Positions 18,515 to 39,869 of a stretch of DNA of 64,000 nt are shown one piece after another. The translations under genes and the position numbers were made by a program. The notes under the pieces were generated by a model. The model had not been told where the DNA came from. It saw nothing but the letters and a program-made list of their open reading frames with translations, and ran no database searches. This stretch comes from the human T2T-CHM13v2.0 reference genome, Homo sapiens. Within the stretch, counting starts at the first letter, position 1. Every line of letters starts with the position of its first letter. The stretch lies in NCBI RefSeq assembly GCF_009914755.1, contig NC_060936.1. One strand, written 5' to 3'.

Positions 18515-19138
18515 TGATCCGCCCACCTTGGCCTCCCAATGTGCTGGGATTCCAGGTGTGAGCCACCATGCCCAGCCTATGTTAGCTTTAAATTTCACTT
18601 TGTAATAATGGTCTGGAGAATCAGGATCATCTGTGCTCTCCACTCAGAAATAAAGTACAGTTCAATCTGTTTCTGCACTTGGTGGAAAGTCTGGTCTCCT
18701 GGACACCAAGGACCAGAGTCTGGCAGGTGTAAGGCAATAATGACAAAAGAGCCTGAGTGTAGTGTCATCTGCTGCTGTATTCTCTAGTGTGCATGTAGCA
18801 GTTGACATGCTTCTTCAGTGGCTTGGATATGAATTCCTTCAGTCATTTAGCACAATGCATATCTGATGGAATGCTTGGTAGTACGGGCCAGCTGAAGAAC
18901 ATTTTTAGAAGGGACACTACAAAAATAATACATCTGCTTTCTCTATTGCAAGGGGTTCAATTATATTCATAAAGTCCCATTCCTGTGGGGAAGATGGTCA
19001 GGCTTCCATATGTAAAAACTATCCATGAAACCTGAGAGACTCATCAGTTTCTTGTGCTTTTACTTTTGCCCCACATCATTGGTTTTAGAAAATATCTAGG
19101 TTTTACATTTATTTTTAAAAATTACACACACACACATA

Positions 19139-19468
19139 CAGTTGTCCCTTAGTATCCATGGAAAATCGGTTCTAGGATCGCCCTTGGAAACCAAAATCTG
19201 AGTATGCTCAAATGCCTGATAGAAAATGGTATAGTATTTTCATACAACCTATGCATACCCTCCCATATACTTTAAATAATCTCTAGATTATTTATAATAC
19301 TAACTACAACAAAAAATGTCATGTAAATAGTTATACTGTATTGTTTAGGGAATAATGACAAGAAAATAGTCTGTACATGTACAACACAGATGCAACTTTT
19401 TTTTAGTATGATTTCAATCTTCTGTTGGCTGAATCTATGAATGTGGAGCTCACGACTGTGGAGAGCCA
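19139..19468. mobile_element. MER2 (Tigger-family MITE)
   Basis: TA-cagttgtcccttagtatccatgg start; the right end is replaced by an inverted-repeat arm. Confidence 0.75.
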
Positions 19469-19669
19469 ATATTCACTGCAGCTCTAGAATAACAGAAAAG
19501 ACCTTAAAGGCTTTTGTGGTATTACTAAACTTTGGTTCAGTTTAGATTTCATTAAACTATGTTTCAATCTAGTTGGGGATTCATCTATTTAATTTTATGC
19601 CAATATTTCAAAATATACCACTAAAGCCTGTAAGGTCTTTTCTGTTTTTCTAGAGCTGCAGTGAATATT
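19468..19669. repeat. 55-bp inverted repeat with 92-bp spacer
   Basis: 19468-19522 matches the reverse complement of 19615-19669 at 52/55. Confidence 0.9.
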
Positions 19670-19694
19670 TGAAAACACTAGTTACCTGTGTCTA

Positions 19695-20185
<491 letters not shown>

Positions 20186-22266
20186 TCATCTCCAAAAAAA
20201 AAAAAAAAAAAAAGAGCTTTTGCTACTAATACAGTTCAATCCTGTCACTCTGTTCCCATCTGCATTGTTCATTTAGAGTTTAATAACCATCCTCTTTCAT
20301 CTCAATGTGAAAAGTACAATTCAGGTATGGCATGTTGCATCACACCTGTAATCCAAGCACTTCACGAGGCTGAGGCAGGAGGATTGCTCAAGGCCAGAAG
20401 TTTGAGATCAGCCTTGGCAATTCAAAGTGCTAATTGTGACCCATGTAAGAACATATGTATACTAAAAAGAAAAGCATCTTTTCCTCTATATATTCAGAAA
20501 AGTTGGGTCTAATTAGGAATCCTGTTAAAAATGTGATAATTTAAACTAAGTGTTTTTACTAGAAATGATTTCCAATATTGAGCTTGCTTTGTTCAGATGA
20601 CCGAGTTGATTGGACCATGGGCACCTGTATCACATGACAAAAATATCCCCTAGGATTTTTTACCCAAGAGGTTTGGAGTTAGTCCTAATAATTACCTTTA
20701 TTTAAGTGCTCAGCAGTTATTGTGTGCTGCTGCTCTACACATGACATCATCATTATTAACATATTAAAGATTCTAGCAATGACTATTATCAAATAGATGG
20801 TCGAGTAGGTTTGGGCCTGTCTCTTGCTTTAGGACACATATTGCAGAATGTCTCTGAGGTGAACCACTGGGGCCCTAGATATATAGCAATACCTGACTCA
20901 GGGAACAAGCAGCTGGAAGAACAGAAAACATACAGCATTACTGTTGGCATAATGGAAAAGGGGAGTGTTTTCTATCTTGTAATGTAGCTGGGGCTCCTTG
21001 TGACAGTGGCAGTTTTGTGTTGTCAAAAGCCTCCACGCCCAAGTGTCAGATGGTACTTTTGGGAATGAAAGTAGAGAACAGGTGGGGGCAAGTGTTATTC
21101 TATGAATAGCCCTGCACATCAGCACAGGACAAACTCTTCACTAATTTTAATATCACTTGCAAAGTTTCTAGGAATTTAAATGTCATCAAACTTCGATCTG
21201 TTTTACTACATTATTTTCGTATGTGTTTTTATTTTCCTATACACGTTGAAGGAAAAAAAAAGCCAAGAATAATTATGCTTGTGGACAAGGATAAATATGC
21301 ATTTAAGGCAACCAACACCAATTAGATACCCTAATTAGTGTGACAGGAGACCTGGTGAGCAACCAGGGATTTGATAAACCTGCTAATTACAACTCCTACA
21401 AACAGTTTCCATGCCACAGTGTGTCAGCATGGAAAGGTGCTCATCCATGAAAGTGTAAAAGCACCACACAGTTTTCTCACACATTGTAGCTCTGAGTCCG
21501 ACTTGGAATAAAGTCTAGTGGACAATGAATGGGCTGAATGTGCTGGCCTAGCTACACAAGCTGGATGCCAGAAGTAGAAGGGCCTATCCAGCTCCTTGGA
21601 CCTTCATCCTTCCCTTCTCCCTCTATGCTAAAGATTCAATCTTAAGGGCCGACTTCATTAAGTCAGCCACCCCAGCTGTGTACCCTGCCCTGTCCACCTT
21701 ATTTCATGTAATATAACAACTCTGTGAAGCTAGTAATGGAGATGAGGAAACTGAGACTCATAAAGGTTAAGTGACTTGCTTAAGGTCACACATCCAGGAA
21801 ATGTGAGAAACAGGATTCAAACCTGGGCTTAGTGAAATGCAAAGTCCATGTTCTTTTTCTATGCTTTTCACCAACTCCCAATTACAGGGACAGATACCTT
21901 AAAAAGGCTCATATATCAACATATCTATATAGATATAGATATACAGATATGTCTGAGTTGTTTTTACTCACTTCAGACACCAAGTGTGTAATTTTTTTTC
22001 TCTTTCACCCAAAGCCAATTCTCTAATTCTCTAGATACCAACTGGGAGTACTACAATTCAATTCCATTCTGCCATTCACTACTTGGCAGTAGCACAGACC
22101 CCACAGGTTAAGGGCTCAGTCCCACAAGACTGCCCTAACTTCAGATGCCAGTTGCAACTCCCAGGTTTCCACCTGTATTTCTGACCAACCAGCTATAAAT
22201 CAGGAGCTCCCCATGAAGTGAACCAGAACATGCCACCCAAAATATACTACTTTGGCATATTGGTTA

Positions 22267-22485
<219 letters not shown>

Positions 22486-22710
22486 TCACGTGTGGTAGTG
22501 CATGCCTGTAATCCCAGCTGCTCAGGAGGCTGAGGCACAAGAATCACTTGAACCTGAGGGGTGGAGGTTGCAGTGAGCTGAGATCACACCACTGCACTCC
22601 AGCCTGGGTAACAGAGCAAAATTCTGTCAAAAAAAAAAAACAAAAAAACACCAGGACATAAATTTCCCATGAGAAAGGCAACCTCTTTATACCAGGGAGA
22701 GGAGAACATT

Positions 22711-23681
<971 letters not shown>

Positions 23682-24630
23682 GAGAACATTTTTATCAATA
23701 GAGGTGAGGCATGGACACTGAGATGAATCTGTACAAATACTAAAATAAATCTTGTCTTCCATTAATTTTCACCATATATTTCCTAGTCATTTTCCCACAG
23801 TTCACTATGCGTAGCCTAAGCCCCTTTGCTTTGTCTTGTCACAACTCTACAATTTATCATTCTTTGTTAACATGGTATATAAGCACTCAGGCCTGTCGGC
23901 TTCTTTGGGTCTTCATTTCTCTTCTATGAAGTTTCCCCTGCCATGTAAAAATGTTAACGTCAAATAAAATGTGTATCCTTATCTCCTGTTAACCTGCCTT
24001 TTCTCAGCTTAATCCTCAGAAACAGCCACAAAACCTAAGAAGGTAGGGGAAAAGTCTTTCCTCCCCTTTACCACAAGCACCTCCTCAGGTTTAATAATTT
24101 GCAAGAACAGCTCACAGAACTCAGGAAAGTGTTTCATTTCCTATTACCAGTTTATTATAAAGGATTATATTCAGGAATAGCCAAGTGGAAGAGATGTATT
24201 GAGCAGGGTATCAGGGGAGGGGTGCAAAGCCTCCATGCCCTCTCCTGGTGCACCACTGTCCCAAGAACTTGATGTGGTCACCAACTTGGGAGCTCTCCAA
24301 ACCCCGTCATTTAAGGGTTTTTTTAAGTTTGTATTTGTTTGTTTGTTTGTTTTTCAGACAGGGTCTTTCTCTGTCACCCAGGCTTCAGTGCAGTGGTGTG
24401 ATCATGGCTCAGTATAGCCTCAACCTCCCAGGCTCAAGTGACTCTCCCACCTCAGCCTCCTGAGTAGCTGGGACTACAGGTGTGCACCACTACACCCAGC
24501 TACTTTTTGTATTTTTTGAAGAGACAGGGTTTTGCCATGTTTCCCAGGCTGGTCTCAAACTCCTGCCTTAAGCAATTGTCCCACCTTAGCCTCTCAAAGT
24601 GCTGGAATTACAAGTGTGAGCCACAATGTC

Positions 24631-25188
24631 TGTATTAGTCAGTGTTCTCTAGAGGGACAGAATTAATGGAATAAATATATAGAGCCCAATGTGTCCAGGT
24701 GGATATGATAACTTCCAGTTGTATATATATGATAACTTCCATATATTTATATATATGGACATTTATACAGAATGGGTAGAGAACTCCCATATATATATAT
24801 ATGGAAGTTTATTAAGTATTAACTCACATGATCACAAGGTCCCACAATAGGCTGTCTACAGGCTGAAGAACAAGGAGAGCCAGTCCGAGTTCCAAAACTG
24901 AAGAACTTGGAGTCTAATGTTTGAGGGAAGGAAGCATCCAGCACAGGAGAAAGATGTAGGTTGGGAGGCTAGACCGGTCTCTGTTTTCACATTTTTCTGC
25001 CTGCTTATATTCTGGCTGTGCTGGCAGATGATAAGATTGTGCCCACCCAGAATAAGGGTGGGTCTGCCTTCCCCAGCCCACTGACTCAAATGTTAATTTC
25101 CTCTGGCAACACCCTCACAGATACACCCAGGATCAATACTTTCTATCCTTCAATCCAATGAAGTGGACACTCAGTATTAACCATCACA
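24631..25188 (-). mobile_element. HERV-L 3' LTR (MLT2A)
   Basis: TG..CA termini; PPT aaggggtggact immediately upstream on the minus strand; AATAAA at 24808-24813. Confidence 0.92.
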
Positions 25189-28100
25189 AGTCCACCCCTT
25201 GTCAACTTAAACCCATATACATCCCCTGAGATCATACATAACCTTCAAATAAAGACAATAATAAGGTCATAATTATGCCTAGCATAATACAACTATCCTT
25301 TGTACAACCAGAAATGCAACAATCCCCAACCCAAATACTATTCCATAAAGTTAACAATATTTAAATGCTGATGTAAAGTCAATAAATCTTATGTCACATG
25401 CTAAAGGAAAAAGGAAATAAAATGAAGATATTTTCTTAGTACAAGTGTATACATGCACAAACATGTTTTTAACGAAAGAAGGAGGAAATACTCATGACAA
25501 TTACAGTCCTTGTTTCTGCATCTGGTCACGTCGTCATAGCTGGTATTGATGACTACCTTCTTCTACTACCCATTCTGTATTCTTTTTGCCTTCAGCAAGC
25601 ACCTCAGCAGGTCATGGTTTTTTCCTGGTGGAGTGACCCAAACCTTCATTCATGAAGGGTCTGGGTCATTTGTAGTCCTGCCTGAATTGGGCTGTTGTAG
25701 TTTCTCACTGACCTTAATCAAAGGGCATAGTAACACTAAGAGACACCCTAATGGATCTCCTGTATTCCATGCATACTCTTTCTTAACTCCATTGTGGAGT
25801 TGTAGACTGATTTCATCTTGATAGTCTGGGTCAGTCACCCCAGCCAACACTGTAACTACCTTCTTGGCCTGTTGACTTAAAGGTAGGAGGAGCCCAATGT
25901 GTCCAGGTGGATATGATAACTTCCAGTTTAATGAAATCGTTGTTGTGTCTCCTGGTGGCAGCATTCCTCCCTCTGGAACTGAGACCTCTAGGCTAGCAGA
26001 ATGTAATGTCATGGGAACAGGAAGCAAAAATTTTGCTAGTGGATCTCTAGGGGTGATGGTGAGTGGTGCCACTTCCGCTTCCACCCCTTGATTCCTGGAC
26101 CCATGAATCCTGGCTATGGGAGGAACAGCACCATATTGGATGCTGATTCAGAGCATACATGGCCTTCTGGAGAACTCTGCCCCAGCCCTGCAAAGTATTG
26201 TCACCTAGTTGGCCTTGTAATTGTAACTTCAAAAGGCCATCCCACCATTCTATCAATCCAGCTGCTTCAGGATGAGGAGGAACATGGTAAGACCAGTGAA
26301 TTCCATGAGCATGAGCCCACATCGCACTTCTTTAGCCGTAAAGTGAGTGCCTTGGTCAGAGGCAATGCTGTGTGGAATACCATGAAGGTGGGTAAGGCAT
26401 TCCGTGAGTCCACAGATGGTAGTCTTGGCAGAAGCATTGAGTGCAGGATAGGCAAACCCATATCCGGAGTAAGTGTCTATTCTGATGAGGACAAACCTCT
26501 GCCCTTTCCATGATGGAAAAGGCCTAATATAATCAACCTGCCACCAGGTAGCTGGCTGATCACCCCGAGGAATGGTGCCATATTGAGGGCTCAGTGTTGG
26601 TCTCTTCTGCTGGCAAATTGGGCACTCAGCAGTAGTCATAGCCAGATCAGCTTTGGTGAGTGGAAGTCCATGTTGCTGAGCCCATGCATAACCTCCATCC
26701 CTGCCACTATGACCACTTTGTTCATGGGCCCATTGGGTGATGACAGGGTTGGCTGGGGAAAGAGGCTTAGTGGTGTCCACAGAATGGGTCATCCTATCCA
26801 CTTGATTATCAAAATCCTCCTTTGCTGAGGCCACCCGTTGGTGAGCACTCACATGGGATACAAATATCTTCCCAGTTTTTGACCACACAAAGAGGTCCAT
26901 CCACATACCTCTTCCCCAAATTTCTTTGTCACCAATTTTCCAATAATGCTTCTTCTGGAAGCTTCTTCTAGCAGTCCCTGACCATCCACCAAACCATTGG
27001 CTACAGCCCATGAATCAGTATGCAATCGTACATCTGGCCATTTCTCCTTCCATGCAAAGCGCACATCCAGGTGCACTGCTCGAAGTTCTGCCCAATGGGA
27101 AGATTTCCCTTCACCACTGTGCTTCAGGGATGTCCGAGAAAGAGGCCGTAGTGCTGCAGCTGTCCACTTTCGGGTGGTGCCTGCATATCATGCAGAACCA
27201 TCTGTGAACCAGGCCCTAGTCTTCTCTTCCTCTGTCAACTGATCATAGGGAACTCCCCGTGAGGCCAGTGATACAGGCTAGGGGAGAGAAGGCAGGGTGG
27301 CAGAAACCATGGGCATTTGAGCCACTTCCTCATGTAACTTACTTATGCCTTCAGGACCTGCTTGAGCCCGTTCACATATATACCACTTCCATTTGATGAT
27401 GGAATGCTGCTGTGCATGATCCACTTTATGGCTAGATGTGTCAGAAAGCACCCAGTTCATGATAGGCAGTTCAGGTCACATGGTGACTTGGTGACCCATG
27501 GTCAAACGTTCAGTTTCCACCAAAGCCCAGTAACAGGCCAAGAGCTGTTTCTCAAAAGGAGGGTAGTTATTTGCAGAAGGCAGGGCCTTGCTCCAAAATC
27601 CTAGAGGCCTCCTCTGTAATTCACCTATGGGGGCCTCCCAAAGGCTCCAAACAGCATCTCTATCTGTGACTGACAGCTCAAGCACCATTGGATCTGCCGG
27701 GTCATATGGCCCAAGTGGCAGAGCAGCTTGCACAGCAGCCTGGACCTGTTGCAGAGCCTTCTCCTGTTCTGGACCCCACTCAAAACTGGCAGCCTTTCAG
27801 GTCACTTGATAAATGAGCCAGAGTAACACACCCAAATGAGGGATGTCTTGCCTCCAAAATTCAAATAGGCCCACTAGGCATTGTGGCTCTTTCTTGGTTG
27901 TAGAGAGGGCCAAATGAAGCAACTTATCCTTCACCTTAGAAGGAATATCTCGACAGGCCCCACACCACTGGACCCCTAGAAATTTTACCGAGGTAGAAGG
28001 TCCCTGAATTTTAGTCGGATTTTTTTCCTATCCTCTAGCACACAAATGTCTCACCAATAAGTCCAGTGTGTTTGCTACTTCTTGCTCACTAGATCCAATC

Positions 28101-30830
28101 AGCATAATGTCATCAATGTAATGGACCAGTGTGATATCTTGCAGAAGCAAAAAGCGATCAAGGTCTCTCTGAATAAGATTATGACACAAAGCTGGAGAGT
28201 TGCTATACCCCTGAGGTAGGACAATAAAGGTATATTGCTGGCCTAGCTAGCTGAAGACAAATTACTTCTGGTGGGCCTATGGATAGGAATGGAGAAAAAG
28301 GCATTTGCCAAGTCAATGGCTGCATACCAGGTACCAGGAGATGTGTTAATTTGCTCAAGCAATGAAACCACATCTGGTACAGCAGCTGCACTTGGAGTCA
28401 CCACTTGGTTAAGCTTACAATAATCCACTGTCATTCTCCAAGATCCATCTGTCTTCTGCACAGGCCAAATGGGAGACAGATGAACAGGGATGTGGTGAGA
28501 ATCACCATCCCTGCGTCTTTCAAGTCCTTGATGGTAGCACTAATTTCCATGATCCCTCCAGGGACACAATATTGTTTTTGATTTACTATCTTTCTAGATA
28601 GAGGCAGCTCTAATGGCTTCCATTTGGCCTTTCCCACCATAATAGCCCTCAATCTACCAGCCAATGTGGGGGTTCTGCCAGCTGCTAAGTATGTCTATGC
28701 CAATTATGCATTCTGGCACTGGGGAAATGACCACAGGATGAGTCCAGGGGCCCACTGGACCCACTGTAACTCGAAGCTGAGCTAAAACTCCATTAATTAC
28801 CTGACCTCCATAAGCCCCTACTTTAACTGGAGGACCACAGTGATGTCTTGGGTCCCCTGGAATCAATGTCAGCTCAGAGCCATTGTCCAGTAGTCCCCTA
28901 AACGTCTGATCATTTCCCTTTCCCAAATGCACAGTTACCCTGCTAAAAGGTCACAGGTCTCCTGGGGGAAGGATGGGAGAAAGATTCACTGCATAAATTG
29001 TTGGTAATGTAGTGGGGTCCTTCCTTAAGGGGACATGACCTCCCCTTCATTCAAGGGGTTCTGGGTCTGTAAACTGGCTCAAATCTGGAAACTGATTAAG
29101 AGGCCATGATCCTCTGTTTTCATAATTCAAATTAGTCTTTTGTCCATTCGACCTAGAAGTTTTCTGCTTATATAAATTAAGTAGGAATGCAGTAGGCTTC
29201 CTATTAATTTCATTTCTAAGAACACCGTGGTTAATTAGCCAATGCCACAACTCTATGTGAGTCAGACTATTCTGATTGTTTTGCCTCTGCTGTCCATTAT
29301 GGTAACTATGCCCACCTTGCCTTTGACAGTTGAGTGCTGCCACTTGGCCACTGCCACCTCGGGATCCAATTATTCCCATTGTATTTAAATTTCATAGTTG
29401 AGTGACTGCAGTTCCCACCGTTAGATCTGACATACAGAGAAGAGCAATTACAGGGCTCTTCAAAGATGCAGGTGCTGCCCTCACACATCTATTTCACAAG
29501 GCATTGGTCAAGGGTATATCTTCTGGACCCTCCCAGCTGGGATGAGTAGCTCTAAAATGACTAATCCACTCCACCATCCCAAACTCCCTAAGCCTTTGGA
29601 TGCCTTCCCCTACATTAAACCAAGGGAGATGAGGCATTTCCGGCTCACTCACAGTGGGCCATCGTTTAATCCATATTTCAGCTAACCAAGCAAATAAACT
29701 ATTAGAACCTTTTTTAACTCCCTGAGCTGCAACATTAAACGCAGAGTCCCTACTTAGTGGGGCCAAATCAATAAATTCAGCCTGATCCAACTCTATGTTC
29801 CTTCCACCATTATCCCACACCCTTAATATCCATTCCCATGTCTGTTCTCCAGATTGTTGTTTAAAAAAATTAGAAAACTCATGAGGTTCTTTTTGAATGT
29901 AGCACACCTCCTTATGGGGTCATACTCTCAACCTCCAGGGGCCTACGGGGACTTTAGTTATAGGTCTACAAGCAAACAGGAACATTGGGGGGTGGGTCCT
30001 GAGGAGAGTCAACATTATTTTGCCTGGCAACTGCCTCAGGGGAGGCCATCACTGTTGCCTCAGGGGAGGCCATCACTGTTGCCTCAGGCAGTGCAGGATT
30101 TATCTCCTCAGGCAAAGGTGGCAAGACTGATGGCAGCATGGATCAGGGATGGGATGTTGCCATTACTGGGGCTAGGGAAGCTGTTTCTTCTGGCAAAAAA
30201 AAGTTCATCAGAGTTTACAAACTCAGTGTCCCCAACTTCATCAGGGTCCTCCCACACATTCCCATTCCAAGTTGCAGGGTCCCTTTCTTTTCCAGTCAAT
30301 GCCCTAACTTTAACAGTAGACACCTGGTGAGGCTGTGCATGTATCTTCCATTGCAGGTCAGCGACTTGCATGATAAGAGCTTGTGTCTGTTTTTCCACAA
30401 TTGTAGCTCTTTCACTATAGGAGATAAGACTCTCACTCAGGGCAATCTAAGCAGACTAGAGGTTCAGTATCTGCTTCTGACGCTGGTAGATAGAATCCCT
30501 GAGTTTATCATTTTCTTTCATCACTTTGTCTGCAGAATTTAGGAGCAACCAACAAGCTTCATTATGTTCCTTGGTTGTCTACATAATACTTCATACAAAT
30601 GTAGTATGCATAGAGTCACTAAACTCCTTGTCTCTCATGAGCGATGAATCAAGAATGTCAAATGCATTTATTTTGCACTCTCTAAACAGTTTATGCCAAG
30701 GACTATCAGTGCTCTCCATACTATTAGAAGTAGAGTCCTTAGCATTTTTTGGTCTAAGCATGTAAAGCAGTCAACTCCAGAAACCCCAAAACCAATGAAA
30801 GAACTCCATCCTTAATATTCAGTTCCTCTA

Positions 30831-30848
30831 GAACCACTCCTGGTACCA
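30831..30848 (-). other. Primer binding site, tRNA-Leu
   Basis: TGGTACCAGGAGTGGTTC just inside the 5' LTR, complementary to the tRNA-Leu(TAA) 3' end. Confidence 0.85.
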
Positions 30849-30853
30849 AAATT

Positions 30854-31297
30854 TGTATTAGTCAGGGTTCTCTAGAGGGACAGAACTAATGGAATATATA
30901 CATATACAAAGGGGAGTTTGGTAGGTATTAACTCACATGATCACAAGGTCCCACACTAGGCTGTCTATAGGCTGAGGAGCAAAGAGAGTCAGACCGAGTT
31001 CAAAACTGAAGAACCTGGAGCCCGACGTTCGAGGGCAGGAAGCATCCAGCACAGGAGAAAGATGTAGGCTGGGAGGCTAGGCGAGTCTCTCTTTTCACAT
31101 TTTTCTGCCTGCTTTATATTCTAACCTCACTGGCAGCTGATTAGATTATGCCCACCCAGATAAAGGGTGGGTCTGCCTTCCCCAGCCCACTGACTCAAAT
31201 GTTAATCTCCTTTGACAACACCTTCACACACATACCCAGGATCAAAACTTTGCATCCTTCAATTCAATCAAGTTGACACTCAGTATTAATCATCATA
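30854..31297 (-). mobile_element. HERV-L 5' LTR (MLT2A1-like, 444 bp)
   Basis: Homologous to 24631-25188; TATAAA at 31113-31118; TAATCTAATCA at 31138-31148. Confidence 0.92.
31138..31148 (-). promoter_or_regulatory. Consensus DUX4 motif TAATCTAATCA
   Basis: Exact match to TAAYYYAATCA about 20 bp upstream of the LTR TATA box; binding not shown. Confidence 0.7.
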
Positions 31298-31752
31298 GTG
31301 CCCAACCCATTTAAAAATTTTTATGGAGGTTTCATTAAGTAGGCATGAGTTATTAAATCATGGGTCACTGGTGATCATCTCAATCTCTAGTCCCTCTCCA
31401 TCCCAGGAGGTTAGAGATGTGGGTGGCAGTAGAGGAGGAGTGAAAGTTCTAACTCTCTAATCACATGATTGGTTCCTCTGGCAACCAGCCCCATCCTGAA
31501 GCTATCTAGAGGCCCACCAAGTGTCATCTCATTAGCATTTGTTCTATTGTTGAAAGGAGCTTGTTATGAATAACAAACAATGTTCTTATCACTCAGGAAA
31601 TTCTAAATGTTTCAGAAGCTCTGTGTGAGGAACTAGGCACAAGGACCACTGCACTCCAGTCTGGGCAACAAATTAAGACACGGTCTGAAAAAGAAAATAT
31701 CTATATCTATACCTATATCTATATATATATCTATCTATATCTGTCTATCTAG

Positions 31753-31935
<183 letters not shown>

Positions 31936-32062
31936 TAGTAGAGACGGGGTTTTACCATGTTGGCCAGTCTGGTCTTGAACTCCTGACCTCAAGTGATCTA
32001 CCCACCTCAGCCTCCCAAAGTGCTGAGATTACAGGTGTGAGCCACCATGCCCAGCCTAGTAA

Positions 32063-32281
<219 letters not shown>

Positions 32282-32399
32282 TGAACTCCTGACTTCATGA
32301 TCCTTGGCCTTCCAAAGTGCTGGGATTACAGGCTTGAGCCACTGTACCCAGCCTAACTTCCCTGTTTTTTAGAGACAGGGTCTCACTCTGTCCCCCAGG

Positions 32400-37597
<5,198 letters not shown>

Positions 37598-37665
37598 ATT
37601 TTAAGAAATATATATATATACTTTTTTTTTTGCCTTAGATCCAGAGACAGATTGGAAGTACCTAC

Positions 37666-37828
37666 CTTTCTTGTTGTTAGCTTTAGTATGATGAAATGGA
37701 AATAGGAATTTCCTGACACTGTTTGACTTTTTACACTCTTTTTTCAAAACGGTTGAAGAATAGATGATACGAATGTGTTGGCTGATTTCTCTATCTGGCG
37801 AACTCAAAAATTCCGGGTAATCATCAAT
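37666..37828 (-). CDS. C12orf56: C12orf56 internal coding exon (exon 2), 163 nt
   Basis: Acceptor ttttttttccag| and donor AAG|gtaggt. Encodes IDDYPEFLSSPDREISQHIRIIYSSTVLKKECKKSNSVRKFLFPFHHTKANNKK and overlaps ORF 37601..37807. Confidence 0.92.
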
Positions 37829-37909
37829 CTGGAAAAAAAATTAATTCACCTCATTGAAGACAAATACAACTGCTTACCTATTTTGGTATAATAAATCCCC
37901 CAAAGCTAA

Positions 37910-39869
<1,960 letters not shown>

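Larger units (their letters stand above)
24631..31297 (-). mobile_element. Near full-length HERV-L provirus (gag-pro-pol-IN-dUTPase, no env) inserted in an Alu
   Basis: Two LTRs, PBS and PPT. Fragmentary ORFs for Gag (29047-30398), protease LLDNGSELTLIPG, RT ([22 protein letters not shown]), RNase H, integrase (26253-27011) and dUTPase (25650-26084). Degenerate 5-bp TSD atgtc/gtgcc. Confidence 0.95.

Noticed and set aside
20893-20912. Possible 20-nt microexon (ttttctgttcttccag|...cag|gtattg, minus strand)
   Set aside because: Exons 2 and 3 already join in frame, 20 nt would frameshift, the donor is weak and there is no transcript evidence.
25650-30398. Functional HERV-L proteins
   Set aside because: Multiple stops and frameshifts across gag and pol; only fragments remain open.
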